DNA of 62,881 bases from Nostoc linckia z4 (GCF_002608075.1 NZ_LAHA01000035.1:14453-77333), one strand, 5' to 3'. Shown: positions 20,487 to 31,411, counted from the first letter of the stretch. Notes: generated from the sequence alone by a model not told the origin. Numbers and translations are program-made.

Positions 20487-21695
20487 ATGGAAAAGAACTG
20501 CATCTATCTCGATAATAATGCTACTACCAAGGTAGATCCGCAAGTTGTAGAGGCAATGCTGCCTTACCTGACGGACTTTTACGGCAATCCCTCTAGTATG
20601 CATACTTTTGGCGGACAACTTGCCAAAGGCGTGAAAACAGCCAGAGAACAATTAGCAGCCTTATTGGGAGCCGATGAGTCAGAGATTGTCTACACCAGTT
20701 GCGGAACTGAGGGAGATAACGCCGCCATTCGCGCTGCATTGTTAGCGCAACCAGAAAAGCGACACATCATCACCACCCAAGTAGAACATCCAGCAGTACT
20801 GAATGTCTGCAAACAATTAGAAACCCAAGGTTACAACGTTACCTACCTTTCGGTGAACAATCGAGGGCAGTTGGATCTCAATGAACTAGAAGCTTCCTTG
20901 ACTGGTAACACGGCGTTGGTAACAATTATGTACGCCAACAACGAAACCGGTACGGTTTTCCCCATTGAGCAGATTGGGTTACGAGTAAAAGAGCATGGCG
21001 CTCTCTTCCACGTTGATGCGGTGCAAGCAGTGGGTAAAATTCCCATGAATATGAAGAATAGCACCGTAGATATGTTAACTCTGTCCGGTCACAAGCTACA
21101 CGCACCCAAAGGAATTGGTGCTTTGTATGTGCGACGCGGTGTGAGATTCCGTCCTTTGCTGCTTGGCGGACACCAAGAACGCGGACGCAGGGCGGGAACA
21201 GAGAATGTTCCGGGAATTATTGGCTTGGGTAAAGCTGCGGAACTAGAACTGTTACACTTGGAAGAAGCAACAAAAAGAGAAAGAAGGCTGCGCGATCGCC
21301 TAGAACAAACTTTACTCGCCACCATTCCCGATTGTGTAGTTAATGGTGACCCTACGCAGAGATTACCCAACACCACCAATATCGGCTTCAAGTACATTGA
21401 AGGTGAAGCAATTCTACTGTTATTGAACAAATTCGGTATCTGTGCCTCATCTGGTTCTGCCTGTACCTCTGGTTCGCTCGAACCTTCCCACGTCCTCCGG
21501 GCAATGGGCTTACCCTACACCACCTTGCATGGTTCCATCCGCTTCAGCCTTTCTCGCTACACCACAGAAGCTGAAATCGATAAAGTTATCGAAGTCATGC
21601 CCGGTATTGTAGAACGTCTACGCGCCCTCTCACCCTTCAAAAACGACGACGCAGGTTGGCTGCAAGGACAAGAACAAGCACTAGCGCACCGTTAG
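20487..21695 (+). CDS. nifS: cysteine desulfurase NifS
   Basis: 402 aa. PLP-lysine motif SGHKLHAPKG. Active-site SSGSACTSG. Synteny. Confidence 0.95.
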   Translation: MEKNCIYLDNNATTKVDPQVVEAMLPYLTDFYGNPSSMHTFGGQLAKGVKTAREQLAALLGADESEIVYTSCGTEGDNAAIRAALLAQPEKRHIITTQVEHPAVLNVCKQLETQGYNVTYLSVNNRGQLDLNELEASLTGNTALVTIMYANNETGTVFPIEQIGLRVKEHGALFHVDAVQAVGKIPMNMKNSTVDMLTLSGHKLHAPKGIGALYVRRGVRFRPLLLGGHQERGRRAGTENVPGIIGLGKAAELELLHLEEATKRERRLRDRLEQTLLATIPDCVVNGDPTQRLPNTTNIGFKYIEGEAILLLLNKFGICASSGSACTSGSLEPSHVLRAMGLPYTTLHGSIRFSLSRYTTEAEIDKVIEVMPGIVERLRALSPFKNDDAGWLQGQEQALAHR

Positions 21696-21861
21696 GGACT
21701 GGGAAGATGGGGAGATAGGGAGATGGGGAGATGAATTAATAACCAATGCCCCATACCCAATGACGGCAGTTGCTCCACTTGGGGAGACCCCAAGACCGCA
21801 CTGCCTCCCCCATACCAAATCCCTCAATCTAAAATCCAAAATCTAAAATCTAAAATTCACC

Positions 21862-22761
21862 ATGTGGGACTACACAGATAAAGTATTAGAACTGTTTTAC
21901 AATCCCCAAAACCAGGGAGAAATCGAACAAGTCAGCGAACCTGGTGTTAAGGTTGCAACGGGGGAAGTTGGTAGCATTGCTTGTGGTGATGCTCTGAGAT
22001 TGCACCTCAAGGTTGAAGTAGAATCTGATAAGATTCTGGATGCGCGCTTTCAAACCTTTGGCTGCACAAGTGCCATCGCTTCTTCTAGCGCATTAACCGA
22101 AATGGTTAAAGGTTTGACTTTAGATGAAGCTTTGAAAGTGTCCAATAAAGACATTGCAGATTACTTGGGTGGTTTACCAGAAGCTAAAATGCACTGCTCT
22201 GTCATGGGACAAGAAGCTTTAGAAGCGGCAATTTATAATTATCGTGGCATTCCTTTAGATAGCCACGATGACGATGATGAAGGCGCATTAGTTTGTAGCT
22301 GTTTTGGTATTAGCGAATCTAAGATTCGTCGCGTGATTTTAGAAAATAATCTCACTGATGCCGAACAAGTAACAAATTATGTAAAAGCTGGTGGCGGATG
22401 CGGTTCCTGTCTGGCGAATATTGATGATATTATTAAATCAGTAAGACAAGAAGCAACCGCACCGGATCTCAACAATTACGGCGTAAAAGTTGCCACAGAA
22501 ATTGTTACTTCTAAGGAGCGATCGCTAACCAACGTTCAAAAAATCGCCCTCATTCAAAAAGTTCTCGACGAAGAAGTTAGACCCGTTTTAATTGCAGACG
22601 GAGGAGATGTAGAACTGTATGATGTAGAAGGCGATCGCGTGAAAGTAATTTTACAAGGTGCTTGTGGTTCTTGCTCCAGTAGCACAGCAACCTTGAAAAT
22701 TGCGATCGAAGCCAGATTACAAGATCGTGTCAGCAAAAACCTTGTAGTTGAAGCAGTTTAA
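21862..22761 (+). CDS. nifU: Fe-S scaffold protein NifU
   Basis: 299 aa. IscU-like N-terminus (FQTFGCTSAIASS), central 2Fe-2S cysteines (CSCFG, GGGCGSC), C-terminal Nfu CGSC. Confidence 0.95.
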   Translation: MWDYTDKVLELFYNPQNQGEIEQVSEPGVKVATGEVGSIACGDALRLHLKVEVESDKILDARFQTFGCTSAIASSSALTEMVKGLTLDEALKVSNKDIADYLGGLPEAKMHCSVMGQEALEAAIYNYRGIPLDSHDDDDEGALVCSCFGISESKIRRVILENNLTDAEQVTNYVKAGGGCGSCLANIDDIIKSVRQEATAPDLNNYGVKVATEIVTSKERSLTNVQKIALIQKVLDEEVRPVLIADGGDVELYDVEGDRVKVILQGACGSCSSSTATLKIAIEARLQDRVSKNLVVEAV

Positions 22762-23042
22762 AAATTCCTGTAGAGTTTACGTACTCTACAAATACGCCCG
22801 AATAAGCATCAGCTAACAACAAAAAGTAGGATTGGACTTGAATAATTGTCTCCACTCAATGTTTTATACCAATTCGTCAACAGAAAGTTCCAGATTGAAA
22901 TCAGCAAATCTAAATCAAATCTTACTTTCTTCATTACGAATTACGAATTGGTATCAGTCCTACTAACAACAGCATATAGGCGAAAATAGTCAAGCGCCTA
23001 ATTGCAAATTCCGTCATTCAACTCGCTTCAAAGGAGACAAAC

Positions 23043-23399
23043 ATGAGTACATTGTACGAAAAAATTGGCGGAAAACCTACTATTGAGAAAGTAGTAGATG
23101 AGCTTCACAAACGCATTCTTGCAGATAACAGCCTCAAGGGTTTTTTCGCTAACACAGACATGGTAAAGCAACGTAATCATCAGATTACTTTCTTTTCTCA
23201 AATATTTGAAGGGCCAAAGGAATACGGCGGCCGTGCGATGGACAAAACCCACACAGGTATGGCACTACAACAGTCACACTTCGATGCGATCGTCAAACAC
23301 CTGAGTGAATCAATGGCTGTAGCTGGAGTATCCGCAGATGATACAAAAGCTGCACTAGATAAAGTCTCGAACTTGAAACCCGCTATTTTGAACAAATAA
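23043..23399 (+). CDS. glbN: group I truncated haemoglobin (cyanoglobin)
   Basis: 118 aa. MSTLYEKIGG...FEGPKEYGGRAMDKTHTGM...HFDAIVKHL closely resembles Nostoc commune GlbN. Same nifU-glbN-nifH position. Confidence 0.88.
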   Translation: MSTLYEKIGGKPTIEKVVDELHKRILADNSLKGFFANTDMVKQRNHQITFFSQIFEGPKEYGGRAMDKTHTGMALQQSHFDAIVKHLSESMAVAGVSADDTKAALDKVSNLKPAILNK

Positions 23400-23500
23400 T
23401 CGGACTTAAACATCAATTGTTGACGAATATTTAGGTCAATTCCTACTAAGTTTTGGAAGCTGAGACACATGACGACGTATTTGTAAATTGCGTAATCTCT

Positions 23501-23528
23501 TAGTCATTAGTCAAATGACTAATGACTA
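23501..23528 (+). promoter_or_regulatory. perfect 13-bp-stem hairpin TAGTCATTAGTCA-AA-TGACTAATGACTA in the nifH 5' region
   Basis: Read directly, ~270 nt upstream of the nifH ATG. Possible transcript-stabilising or processing structure. Confidence 0.35.
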
Positions 23529-23744
23529 GGACAAAAGACAAATTACCAATAATTATTTAAGCTTACAAGCGTCCGCATTTTTCAGTGGAATTAATCCAAA
23601 ATCCAAAATCTAAAATTGCCTGTCCAAAAGAAAACAAATTTAACGAGGAAGTATATGCAGTTACTTATTTATGTTTTTACTGTGGAGCGATCGCCACCGG
23701 CGATGTTCTACAAACCCTCACAGCCATAGCTCCGACAGGCGTGA

Positions 23745-24692
<948 letters not shown>

Positions 24693-24853
24693 ACTCTGAT
24701 GTAGGAAAAGGGAAAGGAAACAATTGCATAATTTACCTTTTACCTTGTTTCTACCGATTACCTGTATCCCCCAAGGGGACTGCAAGTCCCCAACCCCACA
24801 GGGGACGAAGTTCCCCTTCCTATCCCCGTTCCTTAGGAGCTAGAGAGGCAAAA

Positions 24854-26216
24854 ATGACTCCTCCAGAAAATCAAAACATCATCGAAGAAAGAAAAGAACT
24901 AATTAAGGAAGTACTAAGCGCTTATCCCGAAAAAGCAGCTAAAAAACGGGAAAAGCACCTAAACGTATACGAAGAAGGTAAGAGCGATTGCGGCGTTAAA
25001 TCTAACATCAAATCTCTTCCTGGTGTAATGACCGCTCGTGGTTGTGCTTACGCCGGTTCAAAAGGTGTGGTTTGGGGCCCTATTAAGGACATGATCCACA
25101 TCAGCCACGGGCCTGTAGGTTGCGGTTACTGGTCTTGGTCTGGTCGTCGTAACTACTACATTGGTACTACAGGTGTAGACACCTTTGGTACCATGCACTT
25201 CACCTCTGACTTCCAAGAACGGGATATCGTTTTCGGTGGTGACAAAAAACTCACCAAACTCATCCAAGAATTGGAAGTTCTTTTCCCTCTCAACCGTGGT
25301 GTTTCCATTCAATCTGAATGTCCCATCGGTCTAATCGGGGATGACATCGAAGCAGTAGCTCGGAACACATCCAAAGAAATTGGCAAGCCAGTTGTTCCCG
25401 TTCGTTGCGAAGGTTTCCGCGGTGTTTCTCAGTCCTTGGGTCACCACATCGCTAACGACATGGTGCGTGACTGGGTGTTCACCAGAGCCGACAAAGAGAA
25501 AAAAGAAGGCAAATTACAATTCGAGTCTACTCCTTACGACGTAGCAATCATCGGTGACTACAACATCGGTGGTGATGCTTGGGCTAGCCGGATTCTGTTA
25601 GAAGAACTGGGCTTGCGCGTAGTTGCTCAGTGGTCTGGTGATGGTACAATCAACGAAATGTTGATGACACCGAACGTGAAGATGAACTTGATTCACTGCT
25701 ACCGTTCGATGAACTACATCAGCCGTCACATGGAAGAAGCTTATGGTATACCCTGGTTGGAGTACAATTTCTTCGGCCCCACCAAGATTGCTGAATCCTT
25801 ACGGGAAATCGCTTCTAAATTTGACTCCAAGATCCAAGAAAACGCTGAGAAGATCATCGCTAAGTATCAGCCCACAATGGATGCGATCGTTAACAAGTAT
25901 CGCCCCCGTTTGGAAGGTAAGACCGTTGCGATGATGGTTGGTGGTTTGCGTCCTCGCCACGTTGTACCCGCTTTCCAAGATTTGGGTATGAAGATGGTCG
26001 GTACAGGTTATGAGTTCGCTCACAACGACGACTACAAACGTACCACCCACTACATCGAAAACGGCACCATCGTTTACGATGACGTAACTGCTTATGAATT
26101 CGAGGAATTTGTAAAAGCACTCAAGCCAGACTTAATTGCTTCTGGTGTGAAAGAGAAGTACGTCTTCCAAAAGATGGGTCTACCCTTCCGTCAAATGCAC
26201 TCCTGGGATTACTCCG
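24854..26216 (+). CDS. nifD: nitrogenase MoFe protein alpha chain NifD, 5' segment (interrupted by element)
   Basis: [31 protein letters not shown]. NifD similarity stops at the 11-bp repeat. The track ORF continues 31 unrelated codons to 26308. Confidence 0.95.
26206..26216 (+). repeat. left 11-bp recombination core GGATTACTCCG
   Basis: Identical to 58705-58715. Flanking bases differ on both sides. Confidence 0.9.
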
Positions 26217-26591
26217 AACCTAGCGATGCCTTCTCTTTCAGAGACGCTACCGCGAACGGCGGGCTTCGCCAACGCACTTACAAGTCAATTAAATCAATAT
26301 TTTTTTAGCTATCGGAGAAAAAAGAGCCTATTTCTAGCCTAAATCCAAATTACAAGCTTATTCATTAACAATCTGTTTTAATACTTCAGACAGTATAACT
26401 CTTATGTAATCTGGTTTTTAGATTTGAAAAGCATTTTGCTCCAAGAAAAACTGTTAAATAAAAGACTATTTTAGATGACGATTTTTTAGATTAAATGGCT
26501 AAATTTTTTTGTGTAGCACAAAGACGCAAATAAGAATGCAAAAATTCTGAATTTTTCTAAAGTGTAAGGTAATACTATATGCTGGTCTAAC

Positions 26592-26924
26592 TTAAACTCG
26601 CAATGCATCACGCATAAAAATCACTAATTTTGGAAGTGCCTGAAAAAATTCCTTTTCGTTATTGAATTGGTGAGTTTCAAGAAAGACATTGTTACTTGTA
26701 GATATTTCAATAATTTCCATTACACAAGCTCCTGACTCCCAAACTGTTACTCTACCAAGATGTAATAAACTCTCAAAATCAAGACACATAGCTGAATTAT
26801 CACTAGGTTGACAGTAGGTCAGCGTGTATTTCAGCTGATAAGCAGCAAAACGTGACTTTAATCCTGATTGAAATCTGTCAAAACCTCGTTCTGAGATTAG
26901 TTTTGTTAGTGGATTGATACTCAT
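26592..26924 (-). CDS. hypothetical protein
   Basis: 110-aa ORF with no recognisable motif. Confidence 0.45.
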   Translation of the reverse strand: MSINPLTKLISERGFDRFQSGLKSRFAAYQLKYTLTYCQPSDNSAMCLDFESLLHLGRVTVWESGACVMEIIEISTSNNVFLETHQFNNEKEFFQALPKLVIFMRDALRV

Positions 26925-27014
26925 TTATGATTATAGAAGTTTTCATTTGCTGTGACTATACATTAGTAGCTTCAAGTTAGAATATGATACTTTACACCAA
27001 TTTTTACTTTATCC

Positions 27015-27677
27015 ATGACAATTTTGATCGTAGAAACTCTATGCTCCGAAGCTGCTATATTTTCAGCAACCGAGTCTTTACATCCAGAACCTTTGCTATA
27101 TGGTGTGACTGATGGTAAGGCTGTCGGGACATACTTGGAACAAAAATTTAGACTTTATCTCAAACAGCGATATGAATTTGTAGAGGGTAATTCTGCAAGC
27201 AGTATTGACTTTCCAGGGTTACTTGTAGATGTGAAGGTAACAAGCATTCGACAACCACAATCATCATGTCCTTTCAAATCTGCACGTCAAAAGATATTTG
27301 GGCTTGGGTATTCGCTGCTGATTTTCGTCTACGATAAAACAGACAATAGTACGAACCGCACAGCAACCCTAAATATTTTGCATACTATTTATGTAAGCGC
27401 CGAAAGAACCGCAGATTTTCAGATGACTCGTGCAATTCGCAATATCATAGCAAACGAAGGTAATAAAGATGATTTAATTGCCTTCATGCTCGATCGCAAT
27501 TTACCCGTTGATGAAATTGAGGCAAGCAACATTGCCGATGAAATTATGAGCAATCCACCGGTACAGGGTTTTCTGACTATTTCCAACGCTTTGCAATGGC
27601 GACTCCAGTATGGAAGAGTAATAGAACGTGCTGGTCAAGAAGATGGTATAATTCCTGTTTACAAAATTAATCAATGA
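27015..27677 (+). CDS. probable type II restriction endonuclease
   Basis: 220 aa. PD-(D/E)xK-like IDFPGLLVDVKVTS. 4-nt ATGA overlap with the downstream methyltransferase. Confidence 0.55.
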   Translation: MTILIVETLCSEAAIFSATESLHPEPLLYGVTDGKAVGTYLEQKFRLYLKQRYEFVEGNSASSIDFPGLLVDVKVTSIRQPQSSCPFKSARQKIFGLGYSLLIFVYDKTDNSTNRTATLNILHTIYVSAERTADFQMTRAIRNIIANEGNKDDLIAFMLDRNLPVDEIEASNIADEIMSNPPVQGFLTISNALQWRLQYGRVIERAGQEDGIIPVYKINQ

Positions 27678-29116
27678 CTCATACTGCACATAAAACAAAG
27701 ATAGAGTACGGAGATTTCCAGACACCATTAGAATTAGCTAATAAAGTATGTAAAAAGCTAGTTGCACTCGGCATAACACCAGATATTATAGTTGAGCCAA
27801 CGTGTGGAGTTGGTAATTTTATTGAAGCAGCTTTAGATTCATTTCAATCAGTAAATAAAATTTTTGGAGTTGAAATCAATCCCGATTATTTAAATCAAGC
27901 TCAAACAAAAGCTAAATTTGTTAATCATAAAAGAATTGAAATTATATATGGAAATTTTTTTAAATTTGATTGGTCATCAATTATAGAAAAATCAAATCAT
28001 CAAATATTAGTAATTGGTAATTTACCTTGGGTAACAAACTCGCAGCAAGGTAGCATTGATGGAAAGAATTTACCAAATAAGAGTAATTTCCAAAACTATT
28101 CTGGTTTAGATGCAATTACAGGTAAGAGTAATTTTGATATATCTGAATGGATGTTAATTCAAGTTGTGCAATGGCTACAAAAGCGTGAAGGTTATCTAGC
28201 GATTTTATGTAAGAGTTCTGTTGCTAGGAAAATATTAACGTATATTAGTTCTCAAAAATTACATCTTGCTTACTGTGCAACTTACAAAATAGATACAAAA
28301 AAATATTTTGATGCTACTGTTGACGCGTGTTTACTGTTATGTAGATTTGAGTCAAATTCCAAAAATTATTTCTGTGATGTATTCAGTAGCCTTGAAACTT
28401 CTAATTATTATCGAATAGGTTATTGGAATAATGTACTTGTCAGAGATATTATTACATTTGAAAAACTACAAAATCTATACGATAAAAAATCAAAAATAAA
28501 ATGGCGCTCTGGTATTAAGCATGATTGCGCCAGTGTGATGGAGTTTCGCAAAATTAACAACACTCTGATTAATGGATTGGGAGAAGCTGTTGGTATTGAA
28601 GAAACATATCTGTTTCCTTTGCTTAAAGGTTCCTATGTTGCTCAAAATAAAACAAAGGTTACTGATAGATATGTTTTAGTAACTCAAAGATTTGTGGGTG
28701 AATCTATCGAACATATTAAAAATTACGCTCCTAAAACTTGGAACTATCTAGAAGCATATTCACAATACCTCGACAAAAGAAAAAGTAAGATTTATCAAAA
28801 TAACCCTCGATTTTCTATTTTTGGTGTAGGTTCGTATACTTTTGCACCTTGGAAAATTGCAATTTGTGGACTTTACAAAAAATTGGACTTTAGATTGATA
28901 GGTAAGATAGAAGAAAAACCTACTGTTTTTGATGATACAGTTTACTTTATTAGCTTTGATGATGAGAAAATTGCATATAAAACTTTTGAACTTTTGACTT
29001 CTTCAATAGCAAAAGAATTTTATTCGTCTCTAATTTTTTGGGATGAAAAGCGCCCAATCAAGTCTAGTATTTTAAATAAATTAAACTTGGCAGCTTTGGC
29101 AGAAGTATTAATTTGA
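27674..29116 (+). CDS. N6-adenine DNA methyltransferase
   Basis: 480 aa. SAM motif I EPTCGVGNFIEAA and motif IV-like VIGNLPWV. AT-rich gene. Confidence 0.75.
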   Translation: MTHTAHKTKIEYGDFQTPLELANKVCKKLVALGITPDIIVEPTCGVGNFIEAALDSFQSVNKIFGVEINPDYLNQAQTKAKFVNHKRIEIIYGNFFKFDWSSIIEKSNHQILVIGNLPWVTNSQQGSIDGKNLPNKSNFQNYSGLDAITGKSNFDISEWMLIQVVQWLQKREGYLAILCKSSVARKILTYISSQKLHLAYCATYKIDTKKYFDATVDACLLLCRFESNSKNYFCDVFSSLETSNYYRIGYWNNVLVRDIITFEKLQNLYDKKSKIKWRSGIKHDCASVMEFRKINNTLINGLGEAVGIEETYLFPLLKGSYVAQNKTKVTDRYVLVTQRFVGESIEHIKNYAPKTWNYLEAYSQYLDKRKSKIYQNNPRFSIFGVGSYTFAPWKIAICGLYKKLDFRLIGKIEEKPTVFDDTVYFISFDDEKIAYKTFELLTSSIAKEFYSSLIFWDEKRPIKSSILNKLNLAALAEVLI

Positions 29117-29240
29117 TTATCTAACAAAATTAGATGAAATCATCGGGTAAGAAAGGGTGGCTTCGAGAACATAGATAAAGGCGATCGCAACTGAGAAATT
29201 GCTGCATTCTCACGGTGTACGATCGCCATCAATCGCTAAA

Positions 29241-30779
29241 TCACTGCCCGTTAATCCGAATCAAGTCTGTCAAAATATTATCCAAACTGCCGTTAACTTG
29301 AATGCGATCGATTTTCTCTGCAATGCGTTCTAAAACTTCGAGTTCCTTGAGACGCAAAGCTACAGGGTTATCTTCCATCACTTTGGCAGTGTTTAACATA
29401 CTGCGGGTGGCGGCGGTTTCTTCTCTGCGTCTGACTACGTTTGCTTGAGCAGCTTTTTCGGCTTCGACTACTTTGCTCAAGATTGTCTTAATCTCGCCGG
29501 GTAAGATAATATCTTTGACGCCTACAGAATCTACTTCGATTCCATAGTCGGCGGTTTTTTGGCGGATATATTCAGATATGCTTGTGTCAATTGCACCTTT
29601 ATCTTCTAATAAGGCATCTAAGTTGCGTTCGCCGATCGCACCACGCAATGCAAATTGTAATTCTTTGTATAAGAAGCCGGCAATATCTGACAAGCCGCTT
29701 TTTGCTCTCAAGGGATCGAGGATGCGGAAGCCAGCTGTCAAATTTAACCGCAGAGGTACTTTATCCTTAGAAAGGATATCTTGACCTGATACTTCCATGT
29801 TTTGCAGTCTCAAGTCGATGGTTTCGGTTTGAAAGGAGCGTCCAAATAACCACCAAGCGTGTATACCTGGCGATCGCTGTCCTTGAAACTCTTGATTAAT
29901 ATACAGTAGTCCGGTGTGCTGTGCGGGTACTTGGCATGTATGCAAACAGTTGCGACTGAGCAATTTCACTTCTGCCGAACCTTCAACCAACTCAGCAACT
30001 AAGCGAGGCTCTAACTGAGCATCAGTGCTGATGTCGATAATTTCCACCTCAACACCTTGCCAAAACAGCTTGCGACTTGTGGGTGGTAAAATAGAAATCG
30101 CTTTACCTCGATACCGCACAATTGCAACTTGCCAATTCAGTAATTGTACTGTTTGGCAGTAAGCAGCAATAAAATCTGGATGTTTTTCAATTAGAACATC
30201 TTCTAGAGGAAAGTCTGGGTTAGGAACAATTCGGCTAAGAGTCCGTACTGTAACATCCCGATCCACTGACCAAAAAGCATATTCTCCAGGTTCTAGAGGT
30301 CGCACAAAATCATTTTGTACATACAGTAAACCAATCTCATACTCCGAAATTTGGAACTTTTTCACTCCATTCAAGCTGATTTTACGTAGTTGCTGCACAA
30401 AAGAACTAGGCAATTCTAAACTTTCTTCTAAGTTGAAGACATAAGATTCTACCTCAATAAAACCACGCCAAAAAGCTACCAATTGATTTGGTGCAACGCT
30501 TACCCAATTCTGGCCGTAGCGTACTAAAGCGGCTTGGTTGTATGCGGTTCTGATAATCAGTAAATGTTGTTGCAGTTCAGTCTGATGATTTCGCAACAAC
30601 AGCTCCAGGTTTTCAATTTGAGCTTGTGGCTGGTTGAGGTCATAAGTTTTTACTTGCCAATGACGACCAAAATAAGTATGTGTACCAGGCTGTAAAATTT
30701 TCTGGAAGTCGCTGCGGTGATATAAAATACCGATTTCGTTAGGTTTTATATAAAATGTTTTCCACATAGTAATTTGCAT
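29241..30779 (-). CDS. SPFH/band-7 (slipin-like) protein with triplicated N-terminal domain
   Basis: 512 aa. C-terminal SPFH core plus coiled coil (GIEVDSVGVKDIILPGEIKTILSKVVEAEKAAQANV). Three N-terminal repeats (EIGILYHRSDF, EIGLLYVQNDF, HTGLLYINQEF). Confidence 0.8.
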   Translation of the reverse strand: MQITMWKTFYIKPNEIGILYHRSDFQKILQPGTHTYFGRHWQVKTYDLNQPQAQIENLELLLRNHQTELQQHLLIIRTAYNQAALVRYGQNWVSVAPNQLVAFWRGFIEVESYVFNLEESLELPSSFVQQLRKISLNGVKKFQISEYEIGLLYVQNDFVRPLEPGEYAFWSVDRDVTVRTLSRIVPNPDFPLEDVLIEKHPDFIAAYCQTVQLLNWQVAIVRYRGKAISILPPTSRKLFWQGVEVEIIDISTDAQLEPRLVAELVEGSAEVKLLSRNCLHTCQVPAQHTGLLYINQEFQGQRSPGIHAWWLFGRSFQTETIDLRLQNMEVSGQDILSKDKVPLRLNLTAGFRILDPLRAKSGLSDIAGFLYKELQFALRGAIGERNLDALLEDKGAIDTSISEYIRQKTADYGIEVDSVGVKDIILPGEIKTILSKVVEAEKAAQANVVRRREETAATRSMLNTAKVMEDNPVALRLKELEVLERIAEKIDRIQVNGSLDNILTDLIRINGQ

Positions 30780-30916
30780 AGATAATTTGACCAGATTTAA
30801 TCAAAACATTTATAACCTCGCTGGAAACTAAATACCACCTATAATTCTGGAGTTGACAAACCTATAAATAAAGGTTGAAGGATTTGTTTGAGGTTTTGTA
30901 GTATTATATTACATTT

Positions 30917-31287
30917 TACTCTGCCGGCGCAGGTGTTTATAGTTTGGGATGCGGGCAAAAGCTTCTCCAGAACTGGATTAAGATTGCTGTTAGTTTTAAT
31001 AGACGGCTCAAAGGCAATCTAGAAAAACAGAACCGCGCTCAAATATGCCGATCGCTTTGCCAATCTAGAATTTCCGAAGTCAAAGCAGATATAGGAAAAC
31101 GAAGGTACATACTCAAGTTGGGGAGAGATTACAGTTGCGCTGGCTCCTTTACTGTTACGAACACCTGCATGACAGAGTACAAAAAACAAAAAGTTTTTTC
31201 ACTGGGTTTTTTTGAATCGCCCAATACATCTAGCTGTGACACTGCCTTGTCCCTAACAAGGTGCCCGTACCCAGGGCAGGGGTTTTT
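30917..31287 (-). ncRNA. structured non-coding region, module B body (homologue of 32604-32968)
   Basis: Patchy but strong conservation with module A (41-nt block with 1 mismatch, 30950-30990 vs 32634-32674; 31094-31155 vs 32761-32821). Many local hairpins. No conserved ORF. Strand inferred from the tRNA orientation. Confidence 0.5.
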
Positions 31288-31363
31288 TGGCTGAAAGTAT
31301 AGGAATCGAACCTATAATGAATCGGCGATACACCGATCGCTCTACCAAATGAGCTAACTTTCA
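31288..31363 (-). tRNA. tRNA-like cloverleaf with encoded CCA but non-canonical anticodon loop (UGUAUCG)
   Basis: Manual fold: TGAAAGT/ACTTTCA acceptor, GCTC/GAGC D stem, ATCGG/CCGAT anticodon stem, ATAGG-TTCGATT-CCTAT T arm, G-CCA. G at position 33 and C at position 37, so probably non-decoding. Confidence 0.6.
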
Positions 31364-31411
31364 TGGTGAAATAGTTGGAAGCATTAAGCGGTATACGCTA
31401 TTACCAGAGGT

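Noticed and set aside
26217-26308. C-terminal 31 codons of track ORF 24854-26308 ([30 protein letters not shown])
   Set aside because: This is not NifD sequence. It is read-through into the excision element after the 11-bp core, and the true C-terminus is at 58716-58855.
30944-31294. 116-aa plus-strand ORF, with 31375-31659(+) and 32733-33080(-)
   Set aside because: They overlap the conserved non-coding modules and tRNA cloverleafs and lie on different strands in the two homologous copies. The copies share no reading frame, so these are treated as spurious.
30917-31363. tmRNA (or permuted tmRNA) as an explanation for a tRNA-like element joined to a structured RNA
   Set aside because: The acceptor stems are not alanine-type (no G3-U70 in the right context). 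There is no tag-peptide reading frame. There are two diverged copies, and the tRNA-like part is a complete cloverleaf at the 5' end rather than split ends.
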